A stretch of 64,000 bases of DNA from Myxococcota bacterium (lineage in GTDB: Bacteria; Myxococcota_A; SURF-8). The notes under the pieces are model-generated. The model was not told where the DNA came from. It searched no databases and saw only the letters and a program-made list of their open reading frames with translations. Shown piece after piece: positions 8,740 to 19,132 of this stretch. The stretch lies in NCBI GenBank assembly GCA_965140415.1, contig OZ223209.1, positions 960,001 to 1,024,000 on the forward strand. Reading direction: 5' to 3'. Both the position numbers and the translations under genes were made by a program. The stretch's first letter is position 1. Each line of letters begins with the position of its first letter.

Positions 8740-9813
8740 ATGTGTAGCGTGAAAACATCGTTTACTCTTTCCCCCGTCGGTTGGATGCGAACGCCTTACG
8801 ATCCATCTTTTACGCCGCATCAGCCGCCCGCGCGCGAAATCGAAGCGGGGGCGTTCCGGTTAGAAGTCAATCCGGAATTTGCAGAGGCGCTGCATCGATT
8901 GAATGAATGCCGCTATCTCGCGCTGCTTTCCTATTTCGATAAAAATCAAGGCGACGTGGCGCTTCGCGTTAAGCCGCCTTGGCTGGACGGCGTGGAAGTC
9001 GGTTTGTTCGCCAGTCGTTCTCCCAAACGGCCCAATCCGATTGGATTGCACGTTGTGCGTCTATTGAAAATCGAGGGCAACACCCTGTTCACCGGGCCGA
9101 TCGATTTATACGACAGCACCCCGATATTGGACATCAAACCCTACTTCGTCACCTTGGATGCCAAAGCCGATGCCGGTGACGGCTGGATGGACAGCGTCGA
9201 AGGTAAGGCACATTTATTGGAACATATGCTCGGAATTCCACACGAACACGGCGAGCATGGACACGATCATGCGCACGGGCACGAGCATCAGGCCGGGCAC
9301 CAGGCGCACGATCACGGCGAGCACAGCCACCGCGCAAGTTCGCAAGTCGATGCGCTCGATGGCGATCACGCTCACCAGCATGAAAGCGGCGCGGATTCCG
9401 AACACGATCATCATCATCACCATCATAGTCACACTCACAGCCATAGCCACGCGCAGGATCATATCCACGAGCACGGCGAGGACGAAGGCCACAGCCACAG
9501 CCATCACCACGCGCATTCTTCGGATCATGGCCATCAGCACGGCGTGACGCATGAACATCTGCACGAGCACGAGCATCGGCATGGAGATGAATCGCACACG
9601 CACGTTCATCATCACCATCATCATCATGATTCGGCTCCCGATCATCACGATCACGAGCACAGCCACACGCACGAACATCCGCACGCGCATGCAGGCGAAC
9701 ACGCTCATTCACACGGAGACAATCCGGCGGGAGAGCATTCTCACGCGCACACGCATCAACACGCCCACCCACACGCGGAAGGGCATCACCACGATGCGGA
9801 TTCCAAGGAGTAG
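8740..9813 (+). CDS. TrmO/YaeB(TsaA)-family SAM-binding domain fused to a long His-rich tail
   Basis: GLFASRSPKRPNPIGL and TPILDIKPY motifs; residues 168-357 hold about 76 His; RBS AGGAGG. Confidence 0.88.
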   Translation: MCSVKTSFTLSPVGWMRTPYDPSFTPHQPPAREIEAGAFRLEVNPEFAEALHRLNECRYLALLSYFDKNQGDVALRVKPPWLDGVEVGLFASRSPKRPNPIGLHVVRLLKIEGNTLFTGPIDLYDSTPILDIKPYFVTLDAKADAGDGWMDSVEGKAHLLEHMLGIPHEHGEHGHDHAHGHEHQAGHQAHDHGEHSHRASSQVDALDGDHAHQHESGADSEHDHHHHHHSHTHSHSHAQDHIHEHGEDEGHSHSHHHAHSSDHGHQHGVTHEHLHEHEHRHGDESHTHVHHHHHHHDSAPDHHDHEHSHTHEHPHAHAGEHAHSHGDNPAGEHSHAHTHQHAHPHAEGHHHDADSKE

Positions 9814-9892
9814 GATACAATATCTGACCCGACCTACGGATGGATATAAAATGAAGCAGCAGCAGTAGGTTGGCCAAATATCTGACCCGACA
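9810..9892. repeat. Inverted pair of GTAG-type REP-like elements
   Basis: 9810-9837 (minus) and 9865-9892 (plus), resembling GTAGGTYGGG...CCCGACA. Confidence 0.7.
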
Positions 9893-9897
9893 CCAAT

Positions 9898-10791
9898 CTA
9901 CGCCTGGCTGGTAAGAGGGAAAACGAATGGGCGATCGTCCATCGGAAAGAATCCTTGTACGAAAAGTTCGGATTGGGTTTCACGCTTGACGAGTAGATCC
10001 GGTGCGTCCATCAAATCAGGGGTGAAATCGTAGATAATCTTTTTAACACCGGGGCCTCCGATAAATGGGAACAGTTTCGTTATCGGTGGAATGGTTTCCC
10101 CGATAACATCGATCAGACGCAATGTGTTTCCGCTTGTTCGGAAAATGATCGCTACGCCTAGAGATTCTATAAAATACAAATCGTTGGGGTAAGCTACCGA
10201 GGCGTGAAACATAAGCAGCCAGCTCTGCCGTTGAACGCCGACCAGAGATGACACGGAAGTTCGAGAGACCGCCAACCCGTTTAGCAACTCCCGGTCGTGA
10301 AAGTTCATCAGGTCAAGCTTTGCTGCCTTTTCGGGCGAGACAGTGAAAGGCGGTGCCGCAGATTCGAAAGTATACTGCGGCAGGTTCCGATAACCGAACT
10401 GCTGGTAAAAATCAAACGCGGAGGGATTTGCGAAAAGAAAAAATAACTCGTGTGTATCTCTCCTGTGCTGATGAGCCTTTTTCATCAAGGTTTTAATAAG
10501 ACCTTGCTTGCGATAGTTGGGCAGAGTGGCAACCGTCCCAATCTGGATCGCGTTAACAGGCTTGTTCGCTACGATCAGATTCATTGGAGAGGCGGAAACG
10601 TTTGCTACAACACGATTCTGCTTGAAGAATGAAAATGGCGTATATTCCGTAAACGCATACCCGAGATCGTTCCAGGGTGAAAAATCCAGACCGCCGAAAA
10701 TGTCGGACACAAAGGAATTGAGCGCTTGTCTGGCTTCCGGCTCATGATAATAGGCCTGTCGAAATTCCAAGTCTTTCATAATATCGCTCAT
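9898..10791 (-). CDS. GNAT-family N-acetyltransferase
   Basis: IGTVATLPNYRKQGL acetyl-CoA motif, FLFAN...FYQQFGY; start placed at the ATG after AGGTG (the ORF-track start lies in a terminator). Confidence 0.85.
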   Translation of the reverse strand: MSDIMKDLEFRQAYYHEPEARQALNSFVSDIFGGLDFSPWNDLGYAFTEYTPFSFFKQNRVVANVSASPMNLIVANKPVNAIQIGTVATLPNYRKQGLIKTLMKKAHQHRRDTHELFFLFANPSAFDFYQQFGYRNLPQYTFESAAPPFTVSPEKAAKLDLMNFHDRELLNGLAVSRTSVSSLVGVQRQSWLLMFHASVAYPNDLYFIESLGVAIIFRTSGNTLRLIDVIGETIPPITKLFPFIGGPGVKKIIYDFTPDLMDAPDLLVKRETQSELFVQGFFPMDDRPFVFPLTSQA

Positions 10792-10825
10792 CATACAACA
10801 CCTATAACCAAACGACAGCACCCGT

Positions 10826-10863
10826 AAAAACGGCTCGGGCAAAGCCATGTTCACCCGAGCCGT
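10826..10863 (-). terminator. Intrinsic terminator after acyl-CoA dehydrogenase
   Basis: ACGGCTCGGG/CCCGAGCCGT stem plus T run on minus strand. Confidence 0.7.
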
Positions 10864-10923
10864 ATATCTTTGTCCCCCCGCCTTAATAACGGGGGAAAAC
10901 GATATTACAAACGTATCCGGAAA

Positions 10924-12732
10924 TTAATCCAGGCGGTATTCCACGCGCTCGATCAGATGCTGAGCGATCAGATCTTTCAAGCCCATCGTGTTCAAACCGT
11001 AGGGTTTCATCATGCGATGCATGGCCTTCAGGTTCTTGGCGAATTCTTCCTCGCTGTCTCCGGCGACATTGGCGCAGATCTGGCGCACGCGCTCCTGGAT
11101 GCTGCGGAATTTTTCGTAAACCAGCACCTGGGTCAGCATGATCGGCACCTTGCAGGCTTCCTCGCCCTTGTCGGCGATCATCTTCATGGTGCGCAGATAC
11201 GCACTCTCGGCACCGTAGACATCCATCATCATGTCGGCAAGGTTCTCCAACAGGATCTGGTTCTTCATCAGGTATTTGGGATCAGCCATGGCTTTTTGAG
11301 CCGGAACGCCAAGACCGAAGACGCCCCACTGGCGAATCAATTCGACCACCGTGGCTTCGCGACCCAGTACGCCCTCGGCGTCGTCGCGGTTGATCTGGTC
11401 GTCTTTGATCTTGCTCATCAGGGTCGTGATCGGCGTCATCAGATCGATTTCCCCGCCCATCGCGCGGCGCATCAACGTGCCGGGCATGATCATGCGGTTG
11501 ACTTCGTTGGTGCCTTCGAAGATGCGGTTGATGCGAGCATCGCGGTAGTGACCGCAAACCGGGTATTCTTCGATAAAGCCGTAACCGCCGTGCAACTGCA
11601 CACCGTCATCGACAACGCGCGCCAGCGCTTCGGAGCCGTACACCTTGAGAATCGAGGCTTCGATGGCGTATTCTTCGATACAGGCGACTTTCTTCATCGG
11701 ATAGGACGCATCGTCTACCGGAACGTCGATCTGCTCGATGGCGTCATCGATCAGACCCGCAGTGCGATAGGCCATCGATTCGGTGGTGTAAATTTCGGTC
11801 GCCATGTCGGCCAGCTTGCGGCGGCTCATCTGGAAACTGTCGATGGAACGGCCAAACTGCTTGCGCTCACTGGTATAAACCAGCGACTCTTTGAGCACCT
11901 GTTTGCACACGCCCAACGAACCCAGACCCAGTTTCAAGCGGCCAATGTTCAGAATGTTCAGCGCCACTTTGTGGCCTTTGCCGATGTCACCCAGCAGGTT
12001 TTCGACCGGGATCTTGGCGTCGTCCATGATCAACTGACGGGTCGAGCTGCCTTTGATGCCCATCTTGTGCTCTTCCGCACCGGTGCTCACGCCCGGAGCG
12101 TCGGCATCGACGATGAAGGCGCTGAAATGCTCGCCATCAACCTTGGCGTAAACGGTATAGACGTTGGCGAAACCGGCGTTGGTGATGAACTGCTTGGTGC
12201 CGTTCAAGATCCAGTATTTACCGTCTTCACTTTTGACGGCCTTGGTTTTGGCGCCCAGCGCGTCGGAGCCGAAACCTTCTTCGGTCAGCGCATACGCACC
12301 CAGAAATTCACCGGTGGCCAGTTTCGTCAGGTATTTTTCCTTTTGCTCGTGATTGCCGAAATAGACGATCGGCAGGGTGCCGATGCCGGTCTGGCACATC
12401 ATCGAGGTGGTGAAGCTACCCAGTTTGCTGGAATGTTCGGCTACCAGCATCGCGGCTTTCAAACCCTGCTCCAACCCGCCGTACTCTTCCGGTACTTCGA
12501 CCATCAGCAGGCCCAATTCACCAGCTTTTTTCAATAGTTCCGTGTTCAGCTGGATTTTCGTTTCCGACGCTTCCAATTCCTCTTTACGAGGATAGACTTC
12601 GCCCATCACGAAATCGTGAGCAGTTTTGGCGAACATCAGGTTGTCTTCGTCGAAATCTTCCATCGTGAAGATGTCGGCGGCATTCGTCGCTTCGAGCAGG
12701 AACGTCCCGCCCTTTTTCAATGTCTCGGCCAT
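10924..12732 (-). CDS. Acyl-CoA dehydrogenase (long FadE/AcdA type)
   Basis: YALTE..GSDA, LNGTKQFITN, KMGIKGSST, QLHGGYGFIEEY, RIFEGTNEVNR; RBS GGAGG. Confidence 0.95.
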   Translation of the reverse strand: MAETLKKGGTFLLEATNAADIFTMEDFDEDNLMFAKTAHDFVMGEVYPRKEELEASETKIQLNTELLKKAGELGLLMVEVPEEYGGLEQGLKAAMLVAEHSSKLGSFTTSMMCQTGIGTLPIVYFGNHEQKEKYLTKLATGEFLGAYALTEEGFGSDALGAKTKAVKSEDGKYWILNGTKQFITNAGFANVYTVYAKVDGEHFSAFIVDADAPGVSTGAEEHKMGIKGSSTRQLIMDDAKIPVENLLGDIGKGHKVALNILNIGRLKLGLGSLGVCKQVLKESLVYTSERKQFGRSIDSFQMSRRKLADMATEIYTTESMAYRTAGLIDDAIEQIDVPVDDASYPMKKVACIEEYAIEASILKVYGSEALARVVDDGVQLHGGYGFIEEYPVCGHYRDARINRIFEGTNEVNRMIMPGTLMRRAMGGEIDLMTPITTLMSKIKDDQINRDDAEGVLGREATVVELIRQWGVFGLGVPAQKAMADPKYLMKNQILLENLADMMMDVYGAESAYLRTMKMIADKGEEACKVPIMLTQVLVYEKFRSIQERVRQICANVAGDSEEEFAKNLKAMHRMMKPYGLNTMGLKDLIAQHLIERVEYRLD

Positions 12733-12803
12733 GGTTTCCTCCTTATTTAAGAACAAAATCAAGAACAGATAAATTCACGGATTGTACAAGCGGCAACCGT
12801 AAA

Positions 12804-12821
12804 AATGAATGGCTATTCATT
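12804..12821. promoter_or_regulatory. Palindromic operator candidate (TetR-like)
   Basis: AATGAATggctATTCATT about 70 bp upstream of the acyl-CoA dehydrogenase start. Confidence 0.5.
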
Positions 12822-13043
12822 ATGAATTTAACCTAGCACGCAGCGGGCAAGACTGTCAAGATCTATCCTGGCGTTGCCATCTGATGAAGGATGGAAACCC
12901 TGCGATCCAATCGAAGTTGTAAAAAAACGACTACCTATTATTTTTAAGAAAAAACACAAAAAATCGGCCTCTCTACCCGCAAAAACGCGCCAAACACCCA
13001 TAAAAACGAGCTTTCTTCCCTATTTTAATTATGAGCGGGATAT

Positions 13044-13073
13044 TTGACCTGGGACGTCAATCTGAGGTACAAT
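13044..13073 (+). promoter_or_regulatory. Sigma70-type promoter of clpP-clpX-lon
   Basis: TTGACC-N18-TACAAT; contains TTGAC-N7-GTCAA. Confidence 0.55.
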
Positions 13074-13218
13074 ACAAAAGTTGTGGCTATTTCGGAATCA
13101 TCCGAAGCCGTTTTGCGTCTTCACAATGAGGCGAGTGTCACCCAAAGCGGAAACGCTGGGAAACGCGATCATTTGAAGGCGCTCAAATTTGTCCGATCCA
13201 TGGAGGTAACATAGTAAA

Positions 13219-13830
13219 ATGACATTGGTTCCCATTGTAGTAGAACAGTCCCATCGCGGCGAGCGGACCTATGACATTTATTCGCGGTTGCTCAAAGAGC
13301 GGATTATCTTCATCGGGCAAGCCATCGATGATCATATCGCCTCGCTGGTTGTCGCTCAGTTGTTGTTTCTGGAATCGGAAGATCCGGAACGCGACATCCA
13401 CCTGTACATCAATTCTCCCGGCGGTGTGGTGACTGCCGGAATGGCGATTTACGACACCATGCAATATGTCAAACCCGACATCTGTACCTATTGTATGGGC
13501 CAGGCTGCGTCGATGGGAGCGGTATTGCTGACCAGCGGTACGGCCAACAAGCGCTATGCCCTGCCGCATGCCCGCATCATGATTCATCAACCCTGGGGAG
13601 GTTTCCAGGGGCAGGCGACGGATGTTGAAATCCACGCCAAGGAAATGATGAAAATGAAGAAAAGCCTGACCGAGATTATGTGTAAGCATACCGGCCAGAG
13701 CTTCAAGAAACTGAGTAACGATATGGAACGCGACTTCTTCCTGGATTCCGAGCAGGCTTGTAAATACGGGCTGATCGATAAAGTCCTGGAGCACAAAGCG
13801 GAAGCCGATTCCAACGACGATACCAAATAA
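13219..13830 (+). CDS. clpP: ATP-dependent Clp protease proteolytic subunit
   Basis: [26 protein letters not shown] (catalytic Ser), IMIHQP. Confidence 0.98.
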   Translation: MTLVPIVVEQSHRGERTYDIYSRLLKERIIFIGQAIDDHIASLVVAQLLFLESEDPERDIHLYINSPGGVVTAGMAIYDTMQYVKPDICTYCMGQAASMGAVLLTSGTANKRYALPHARIMIHQPWGGFQGQATDVEIHAKEMMKMKKSLTEIMCKHTGQSFKKLSNDMERDFFLDSEQACKYGLIDKVLEHKAEADSNDDTK

Positions 13831-13850
13831 CGAGAGAGGAATCTCGCGCA

Positions 13851-15110
13851 ATGAGTAGCAATAAAGACCTCAGGTGCTCGTTCTGCGGCAAAAGCCAGCG
13901 GCAGGTCAAGAAATTGATCGCCGGACCGAGCGCCTACATCTGCGACGAGTGCATTTCGCTGTGCAACGAAATCATAGCGGAGGAATCGGAGCGGGATGAA
14001 AGCATTACCGCTTCTGCGTTTAACGTTCCAAAACCCTATGAAATTCATCAGCATTTAAACGACTACGTCATCGGTCAGGAACGCGCCAAGCGCATTTTGT
14101 CGGTGGCGGTGTACAATCATTACAAGCGGATCAGCCACCCGGCCAAACCCGGCGAAGTGGAACTGCAAAAAAGCAATATTCTGCTGATCGGACCGACCGG
14201 AACAGGGAAAACGCTGTTGGCGCAGACCTTGGCCAAACTGTTGGATGTGCCCTTTGCGCTGGCGGATGCCACCACATTGACCGAAGCCGGTTACGTGGGC
14301 GAAGACGTGGAGAACATCCTCGTCAGCCTGTTGCAGGTGGCCGATCACGACCTGGAGCGCGCCTCGCGCGGCATCGTGTATATCGACGAAATCGACAAGA
14401 TCGGACGCAAGAGCGACAATCCCTCCATCACCCGTGACGTCAGTGGCGAAGGCGTACAGCAGGCCCTGTTGAAGATTCTGGAAGGCACGGTTGCGAATCT
14501 GCCGCCCAAGGGCGGACGCAAGCACCCGCAACAGGAATTCGTGCAGATGGACACAACCAACATCCTGTTTATCTGCGGTGGTGCGTTCAACGGTCTGGAA
14601 AAGCTCGTCGAGCAGCGTGTGGGTGTCAAGGAAATGGGATTCGGCGCCAACGTGGTGAGCCGCAAGGAAAAGAAACTGGGTGAATTGTTCGAACAGTCCG
14701 AACCGGAAGATCTGATCAAATTCGGTCTGATTCCGGAGTTCGTTGGACGTCTGCCCATTTCAGCGGCGCTGGACGAATTGAGTGAACAGGATCTGGTACG
14801 AATTCTTACCGAACCGAGAAATGCGCTGAGCAAGCAGTATCACCGGTTATTCGAGTTGGACGGCGTCCGTTTGAAATTCACCGACGAGTCGTTGGTGGCG
14901 GTCGCGCGAAAGGCCGCTCGTCAGAACTCCGGTGCGCGCGGATTGCGGTCGGTGATGGAAGACATCATGCTGGACATCATGTACGACATTCCATCCAAAA
15001 CCAATATTCGAGAAGTGGTCATCAATGAGGATGTGATCAATGGAGGCAAAGCCCCATTGACGATTCTAAGCAACAAGAAGGAAAAGTCCACCGAAGTAGA
15101 ATCGGCCTAG
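13851..15110 (+). CDS. clpX: Clp protease ATP-binding subunit ClpX
   Basis: CSFCGK Zn domain, [23 protein letters not shown]. Confidence 0.98.
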   Translation: MSSNKDLRCSFCGKSQRQVKKLIAGPSAYICDECISLCNEIIAEESERDESITASAFNVPKPYEIHQHLNDYVIGQERAKRILSVAVYNHYKRISHPAKPGEVELQKSNILLIGPTGTGKTLLAQTLAKLLDVPFALADATTLTEAGYVGEDVENILVSLLQVADHDLERASRGIVYIDEIDKIGRKSDNPSITRDVSGEGVQQALLKILEGTVANLPPKGGRKHPQQEFVQMDTTNILFICGGAFNGLEKLVEQRVGVKEMGFGANVVSRKEKKLGELFEQSEPEDLIKFGLIPEFVGRLPISAALDELSEQDLVRILTEPRNALSKQYHRLFELDGVRLKFTDESLVAVARKAARQNSGARGLRSVMEDIMLDIMYDIPSKTNIREVVINEDVINGGKAPLTILSNKKEKSTEVESA

Positions 15111-15154
15111 GACAAGCCACAAGCTCGCACTAAAAGCTAACATAAGGTTTTATA

Positions 15155-17569
15155 ATGTTTTTCAAGCAGAACGAGAATGAATCCAGCAGCGGCGAGGAAA
15201 AGAACATTTACACGCTGCTGCCCCTTCGCGATGTCGTGATCTTCCCGCACATGATGGTTCCTTTGTTTGTGGGCCGGGGAAAATCGATCAAAGCGTTGGA
15301 GGAAGCCACCAAGAACGATAAAGACATCTTTCTGGTCGCCCAGAAGCAGGCCAAAGTCAACGATCCGCAGGCCAGCGATATTTTCGATGTGGGCACCATC
15401 GGTTCCATCGTTCAAATCCTGAAACTGCCCGACGGCACCGTGCGCGTGTTGGTTGAAGGCAAGCATCGGGCGCGTATCCAGCGTTTCGTGCAGACCGATC
15501 CCTACTTCGAAGTCGAAGTGGAGGACATGACCGATCCCTCCGCCGATGCCGTGGAATTGAAGGCCATGCGCCGTTCCATTTACAGCGCCTTCGAATCCTA
15601 CCTGGAATACGCCAAAAAGATTCCGAAAGACATCTTGAAGTCGCTTTCCAGTATCGAGTCGCCCTCGCAACTGGCCGACACCATCGTGTTGTCGCTCAAT
15701 CTGAAACTGCGCGAACGACAGGAACTGCTGGAAACGATCGACGTGCGCGAGCGCCTGGAGAAGCTGTATGAGATTCTTCAGCGGGAAATCGAAATCCTGC
15801 AAGTGGAGCGCCGCATCAAGAGCCGCATCAAAAAGCAGATGGAGCGCAACCAGAAGGAATACTACCTGAACGAACAGATGTCCGCCATCCAGAAGGAACT
15901 GGGTGATCAGGACGAATTCAAAAACGAGTTGAAAGAAATGGAAGAAGCCATCCGACGCAAGGGCATGAGCGCCGAAGCGGAAGGAAAAGCTCTGAAGGAA
16001 TTGAAGAAGCTGCGCATGATGTCTCCCATGAGCGCCGAAGCAACGGTGGTGCGCAACTACATCGACTGGATGATTTCGATTCCCTGGCAGGAGAACAGCG
16101 AAGATGTCACCGACATCAACGAGGCGAACCAGGTACTGGAAGAGGATCATTACGGGTTGAAAAAACCCAAAGAGCGCATCCTGGAATACCTGGCGGTCAA
16201 AACCCTGGTCGGCGATATGAAAGGCCCGATCCTGTGTTTCGTCGGTCCTCCGGGCGTCGGTAAAACCTCACTGGCAAAAAGCATCGCTCGCGCGACCGGT
16301 CGCAAGCTGGTGCGGCTGTCATTGGGTGGCGTACGTGATGAAGCCGAGATTCGTGGACACCGGCGCACCTATATCGGTGCATTGCCGGGCAAGCTGATCC
16401 AGATGATGAAAAAAGCGGGAACCATCAACCCGGTGATCCTGCTCGACGAAATCGACAAGCTCTCCTCCGACTATCGCGGCGATCCCAGTTCGGCGCTGCT
16501 GGAGGCGTTGGACCCGGAGCAGAACCACACCTTCAACGATCACTACCTGGATGTCGATTACGACCTGTCCAAGGTGCTGTTCTTGACCACGGCCAACTAT
16601 CTGAACAACATTCCACCGGCTCTGAAGGACCGGCTGGAAATCATCGATCTGCCCGGCTACACCGAGGACGACAAACTGAGCATCGCCAAGCAGTTCCTCA
16701 TTCCCAAGCAGGTCGAGGCCAACGGCTTGAATGAAATGGACATTCGCATATCCGACCACGCCATCAAGGGTATCATCCAGAATTACACCCGTGAGGCGGG
16801 TGTGCGTAACCTGGAACGCGAACTGGCAACCCTGCTGCGCAAAGTGGCGGTGCGTGTCCTCAAAGAGGGTAAACAGAAAAACTACAAGATCGGCAAGGAC
16901 ACACTGACCAAGAGTCTGGGTGTTGCCAAATTCCGCCGTGAGGCAATGGAACGCAAGAGCCAGATCGGTTTCAGTAACGGCCTGGCCTGGACGGAGATGG
17001 GCGGCGAGATCCTGAACATCGAAGTGGTCTTGGCTCCGGGCAAGGGCAAGCTGATCCTGACCGGCAAGTTGGGCGAAGTCATGCGCGAATCCGCTCAGGC
17101 GGCGCTAAGCTGGGTGCGTACCCATGCCGAAGTGCTGGGTGTGGAAGCCGACTTCTTCCAGAATTTCGATCTGCATCTGCACGTTCCGGCGGGTGCGACA
17201 CCCAAAGAAGGTCCATCGGCAGGTATCGCGATTATCAGCGCCATCGTTTCCGCCATCACCGGCATTCCGGTGCGTCACGATATCGCCATGACCGGCGAGA
17301 TCACGCTGCGCGGGCGCGTGCTGCAAATCGGTGGACTGAAGGAAAAACTGATGGCCGCCCATCGGGAGGGTGTCTTTGAAGCCATCGTTCCCAAGCTCAA
17401 TGAACTGGATTTGACCGAACTTCCCAATGCGGTGCGTAAATCGATGACCGTGCATACCGTAGAGGATGTCAGCGAAGTATTGAGTCTGGCGCTGGTGCAT
17501 CCCTGGATGCAGGAAAAGAACCCGGACAAGGCCTATCCCGCCGAACACGGCTCCAATGCACCGATGTAA
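15155..17569 (+). CDS. lon: Lon protease
   Basis: [41 protein letters not shown]. Confidence 0.98.
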   Translation: MFFKQNENESSSGEEKNIYTLLPLRDVVIFPHMMVPLFVGRGKSIKALEEATKNDKDIFLVAQKQAKVNDPQASDIFDVGTIGSIVQILKLPDGTVRVLVEGKHRARIQRFVQTDPYFEVEVEDMTDPSADAVELKAMRRSIYSAFESYLEYAKKIPKDILKSLSSIESPSQLADTIVLSLNLKLRERQELLETIDVRERLEKLYEILQREIEILQVERRIKSRIKKQMERNQKEYYLNEQMSAIQKELGDQDEFKNELKEMEEAIRRKGMSAEAEGKALKELKKLRMMSPMSAEATVVRNYIDWMISIPWQENSEDVTDINEANQVLEEDHYGLKKPKERILEYLAVKTLVGDMKGPILCFVGPPGVGKTSLAKSIARATGRKLVRLSLGGVRDEAEIRGHRRTYIGALPGKLIQMMKKAGTINPVILLDEIDKLSSDYRGDPSSALLEALDPEQNHTFNDHYLDVDYDLSKVLFLTTANYLNNIPPALKDRLEIIDLPGYTEDDKLSIAKQFLIPKQVEANGLNEMDIRISDHAIKGIIQNYTREAGVRNLERELATLLRKVAVRVLKEGKQKNYKIGKDTLTKSLGVAKFRREAMERKSQIGFSNGLAWTEMGGEILNIEVVLAPGKGKLILTGKLGEVMRESAQAALSWVRTHAEVLGVEADFFQNFDLHLHVPAGATPKEGPSAGIAIISAIVSAITGIPVRHDIAMTGEITLRGRVLQIGGLKEKLMAAHREGVFEAIVPKLNELDLTELPNAVRKSMTVHTVEDVSEVLSLALVHPWMQEKNPDKAYPAEHGSNAPM

Positions 17570-17593
17570 TGATTCGAAGCAGGATTGATTATC

Positions 17594-17620
17594 GCGCCCC
17601 CTTTATCGGGGGCGCTTTTT
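17594..17620 (+). terminator. Intrinsic terminator after lon
   Basis: GCGCCCCC-loop-GGGGGCGC-TTTTT. Confidence 0.85.
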
Positions 17621-17723
17621 GTTGGGGGAAGCATGTAATCCCGCGCGTAATATTTCGGATCGGGATAGAATCAAGGACAAACAAATGGTTCAAGACAGGA
17701 GCCTTGAACCATCAATGGAAGAA

Positions 17724-17751
17724 TGTCGGGCAAGAAATTTGCCCGACCTAC
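17724..17751 (-). repeat. GTAG-type REP-like element
   Basis: Minus strand GTAGGTCGGGCAAATTTCTTGCCCGACA. Confidence 0.75.
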
Positions 17752-17795
17752 GCGAAAATGAAGATTCCAGCAGTCCTACTCAATAATAACGATCT

Positions 17796-18713
17796 TCAGT
17801 CCGTTAGATTCGATTCTGCGGCGGTGTAGGAGAAGCGAATCCGGTAGCCCATTTCCTGCGTGTCCTGGAATGTGTAATCGGGTGTCTGGCCCAAATAGAA
17901 AAAGGCGTTGGCCAGGGTTACCTTGAAGGTGCCGTATTGAACCAGAACCAGGTTGTTGGCGTCGGTTTCGCTGATGGCCCCGCTTAAAATGCCGTCGGAG
18001 ATGGTACCGTATTCCTCGCTGTAGGTGCCGCGCAATTCCGCGTCGCGAATCACTAAAATCGTGTCGGCGGTTTCACCCAATGGAAATTCGATGGTGAAAT
18101 GTTCTTCGGTCATGAAACGGCGTTCTTCCTGACTGGCGACTATTTCGATAACGACTTCTTGCTCGCTGTTGAACTGATAGGCCGCCCCGACCCGCTCGGC
18201 GACTCCCAGATGCATGTCATAGGGCAGCAGCGTCAGATCTTCGGTGTCGGGAGCGAGCATCATGTTCAGATTGTTCTGCGAAATCTGATCCACAAGCTGC
18301 TGATTGGCCATGGCGGTCAAATCCTGCGATCCCTGACCGGGAATCGTCACCACCAGTTGCGGCTCGGCCATGATCAAGGTATCCATGCGATAAGCATCGA
18401 CATCCGGTGTCGGAATGCTTTCTTCCTCGGCTTCGGCTTCCTGTTCCAGATCGCCGTCGGTGCTATCGCCATCGGGCAGCGGTTTGTCGCCATCGGGCAG
18501 CGGTTGATCGCCATCGACGACCACGAAGTCGCCGTCCGGAATGTAGACATCGCCGTCCGTGCTTTCCTGCTCGGTAGCTTCGGACTGATCCTCATCGCCA
18601 TCGACGATTACATCCGGGCCGCTGCTGTCTTCACTACAGGCAACGAGAAGCAGGGCGAGCAGGAAGATTGCGAAAAGTGAGCTAACAGCTCGGAAAGATA
18701 GGGACTTCTTCAT
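17796..18713 (-). CDS. Lipoprotein with DGD acidic linker, unknown function
   Basis: Lipobox LVAC; several DGD motifs; RBS GGAGG. Confidence 0.8.
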   Translation of the reverse strand: MKKSLSFRAVSSLFAIFLLALLLVACSEDSSGPDVIVDGDEDQSEATEQESTDGDVYIPDGDFVVVDGDQPLPDGDKPLPDGDSTDGDLEQEAEAEEESIPTPDVDAYRMDTLIMAEPQLVVTIPGQGSQDLTAMANQQLVDQISQNNLNMMLAPDTEDLTLLPYDMHLGVAERVGAAYQFNSEQEVVIEIVASQEERRFMTEEHFTIEFPLGETADTILVIRDAELRGTYSEEYGTISDGILSGAISETDANNLVLVQYGTFKVTLANAFFYLGQTPDYTFQDTQEMGYRIRFSYTAAESNLTD

Positions 18714-18735
18714 CTGGACCTCCTACAAACACGGA

Positions 18736-18960
18736 TCAGTAATATGCAAAATAACCGAAAATCAACAGGGTTACGGCTCCGGCGATACCAATCCAAAGCA
18801 CGACCGGGTCAAGCCGAAGACGCTCGTATAATTCCTTCTGCCGGGGATCGTTTTCCGCCCACCGAATGCGCTTGAACAGGGCGCGCGAGCGGAAGTTATT
18901 CCCTGTGTTCAACGCCTGTTCCAGCGCGGGCATGTCTTCTCGTGAAGTCTGCCGGGACAT
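18736..18960 (-). CDS. Small protein with C-terminal TM helix
   Basis: GTG start with AGGAGG RBS; co-oriented with the next gene. Confidence 0.55.
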   Translation of the reverse strand: MSRQTSREDMPALEQALNTGNNFRSRALFKRIRWAENDPRQKELYERLRLDPVVLWIGIAGAVTLLIFGYFAYY

Positions 18961-19132
18961 CGACCGGCCTCCTGTTCATGTTGGAATCATACAAACGTGT
19001 TTGCAGTGTAGCACAGCTTCCGGTAGCGGAGAAAAAAAAACAAAAAAGCGCGTCATAAGACGATCTATATTTGAGTTTGAAGCCTCCTTCTGATAGGATA
19101 ACGCGGCTTTTTGTTTGTGAGGATAGTGCAGC

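Noticed and set aside
9149-9877. Long antisense/shifted ORFs over the His-rich tail
   Set aside because: Low-complexity shadows of the real CDS
10870-12537. 555-aa plus-strand ORF
   Set aside because: Antisense shadow of the acyl-CoA dehydrogenase; the same applies to long antisense ORFs over trmFO, clpP, lon and purL
12733-13218. No tig gene upstream of clpP
   Set aside because: Ordinary gene-order variation; clpP has its own candidate promoter
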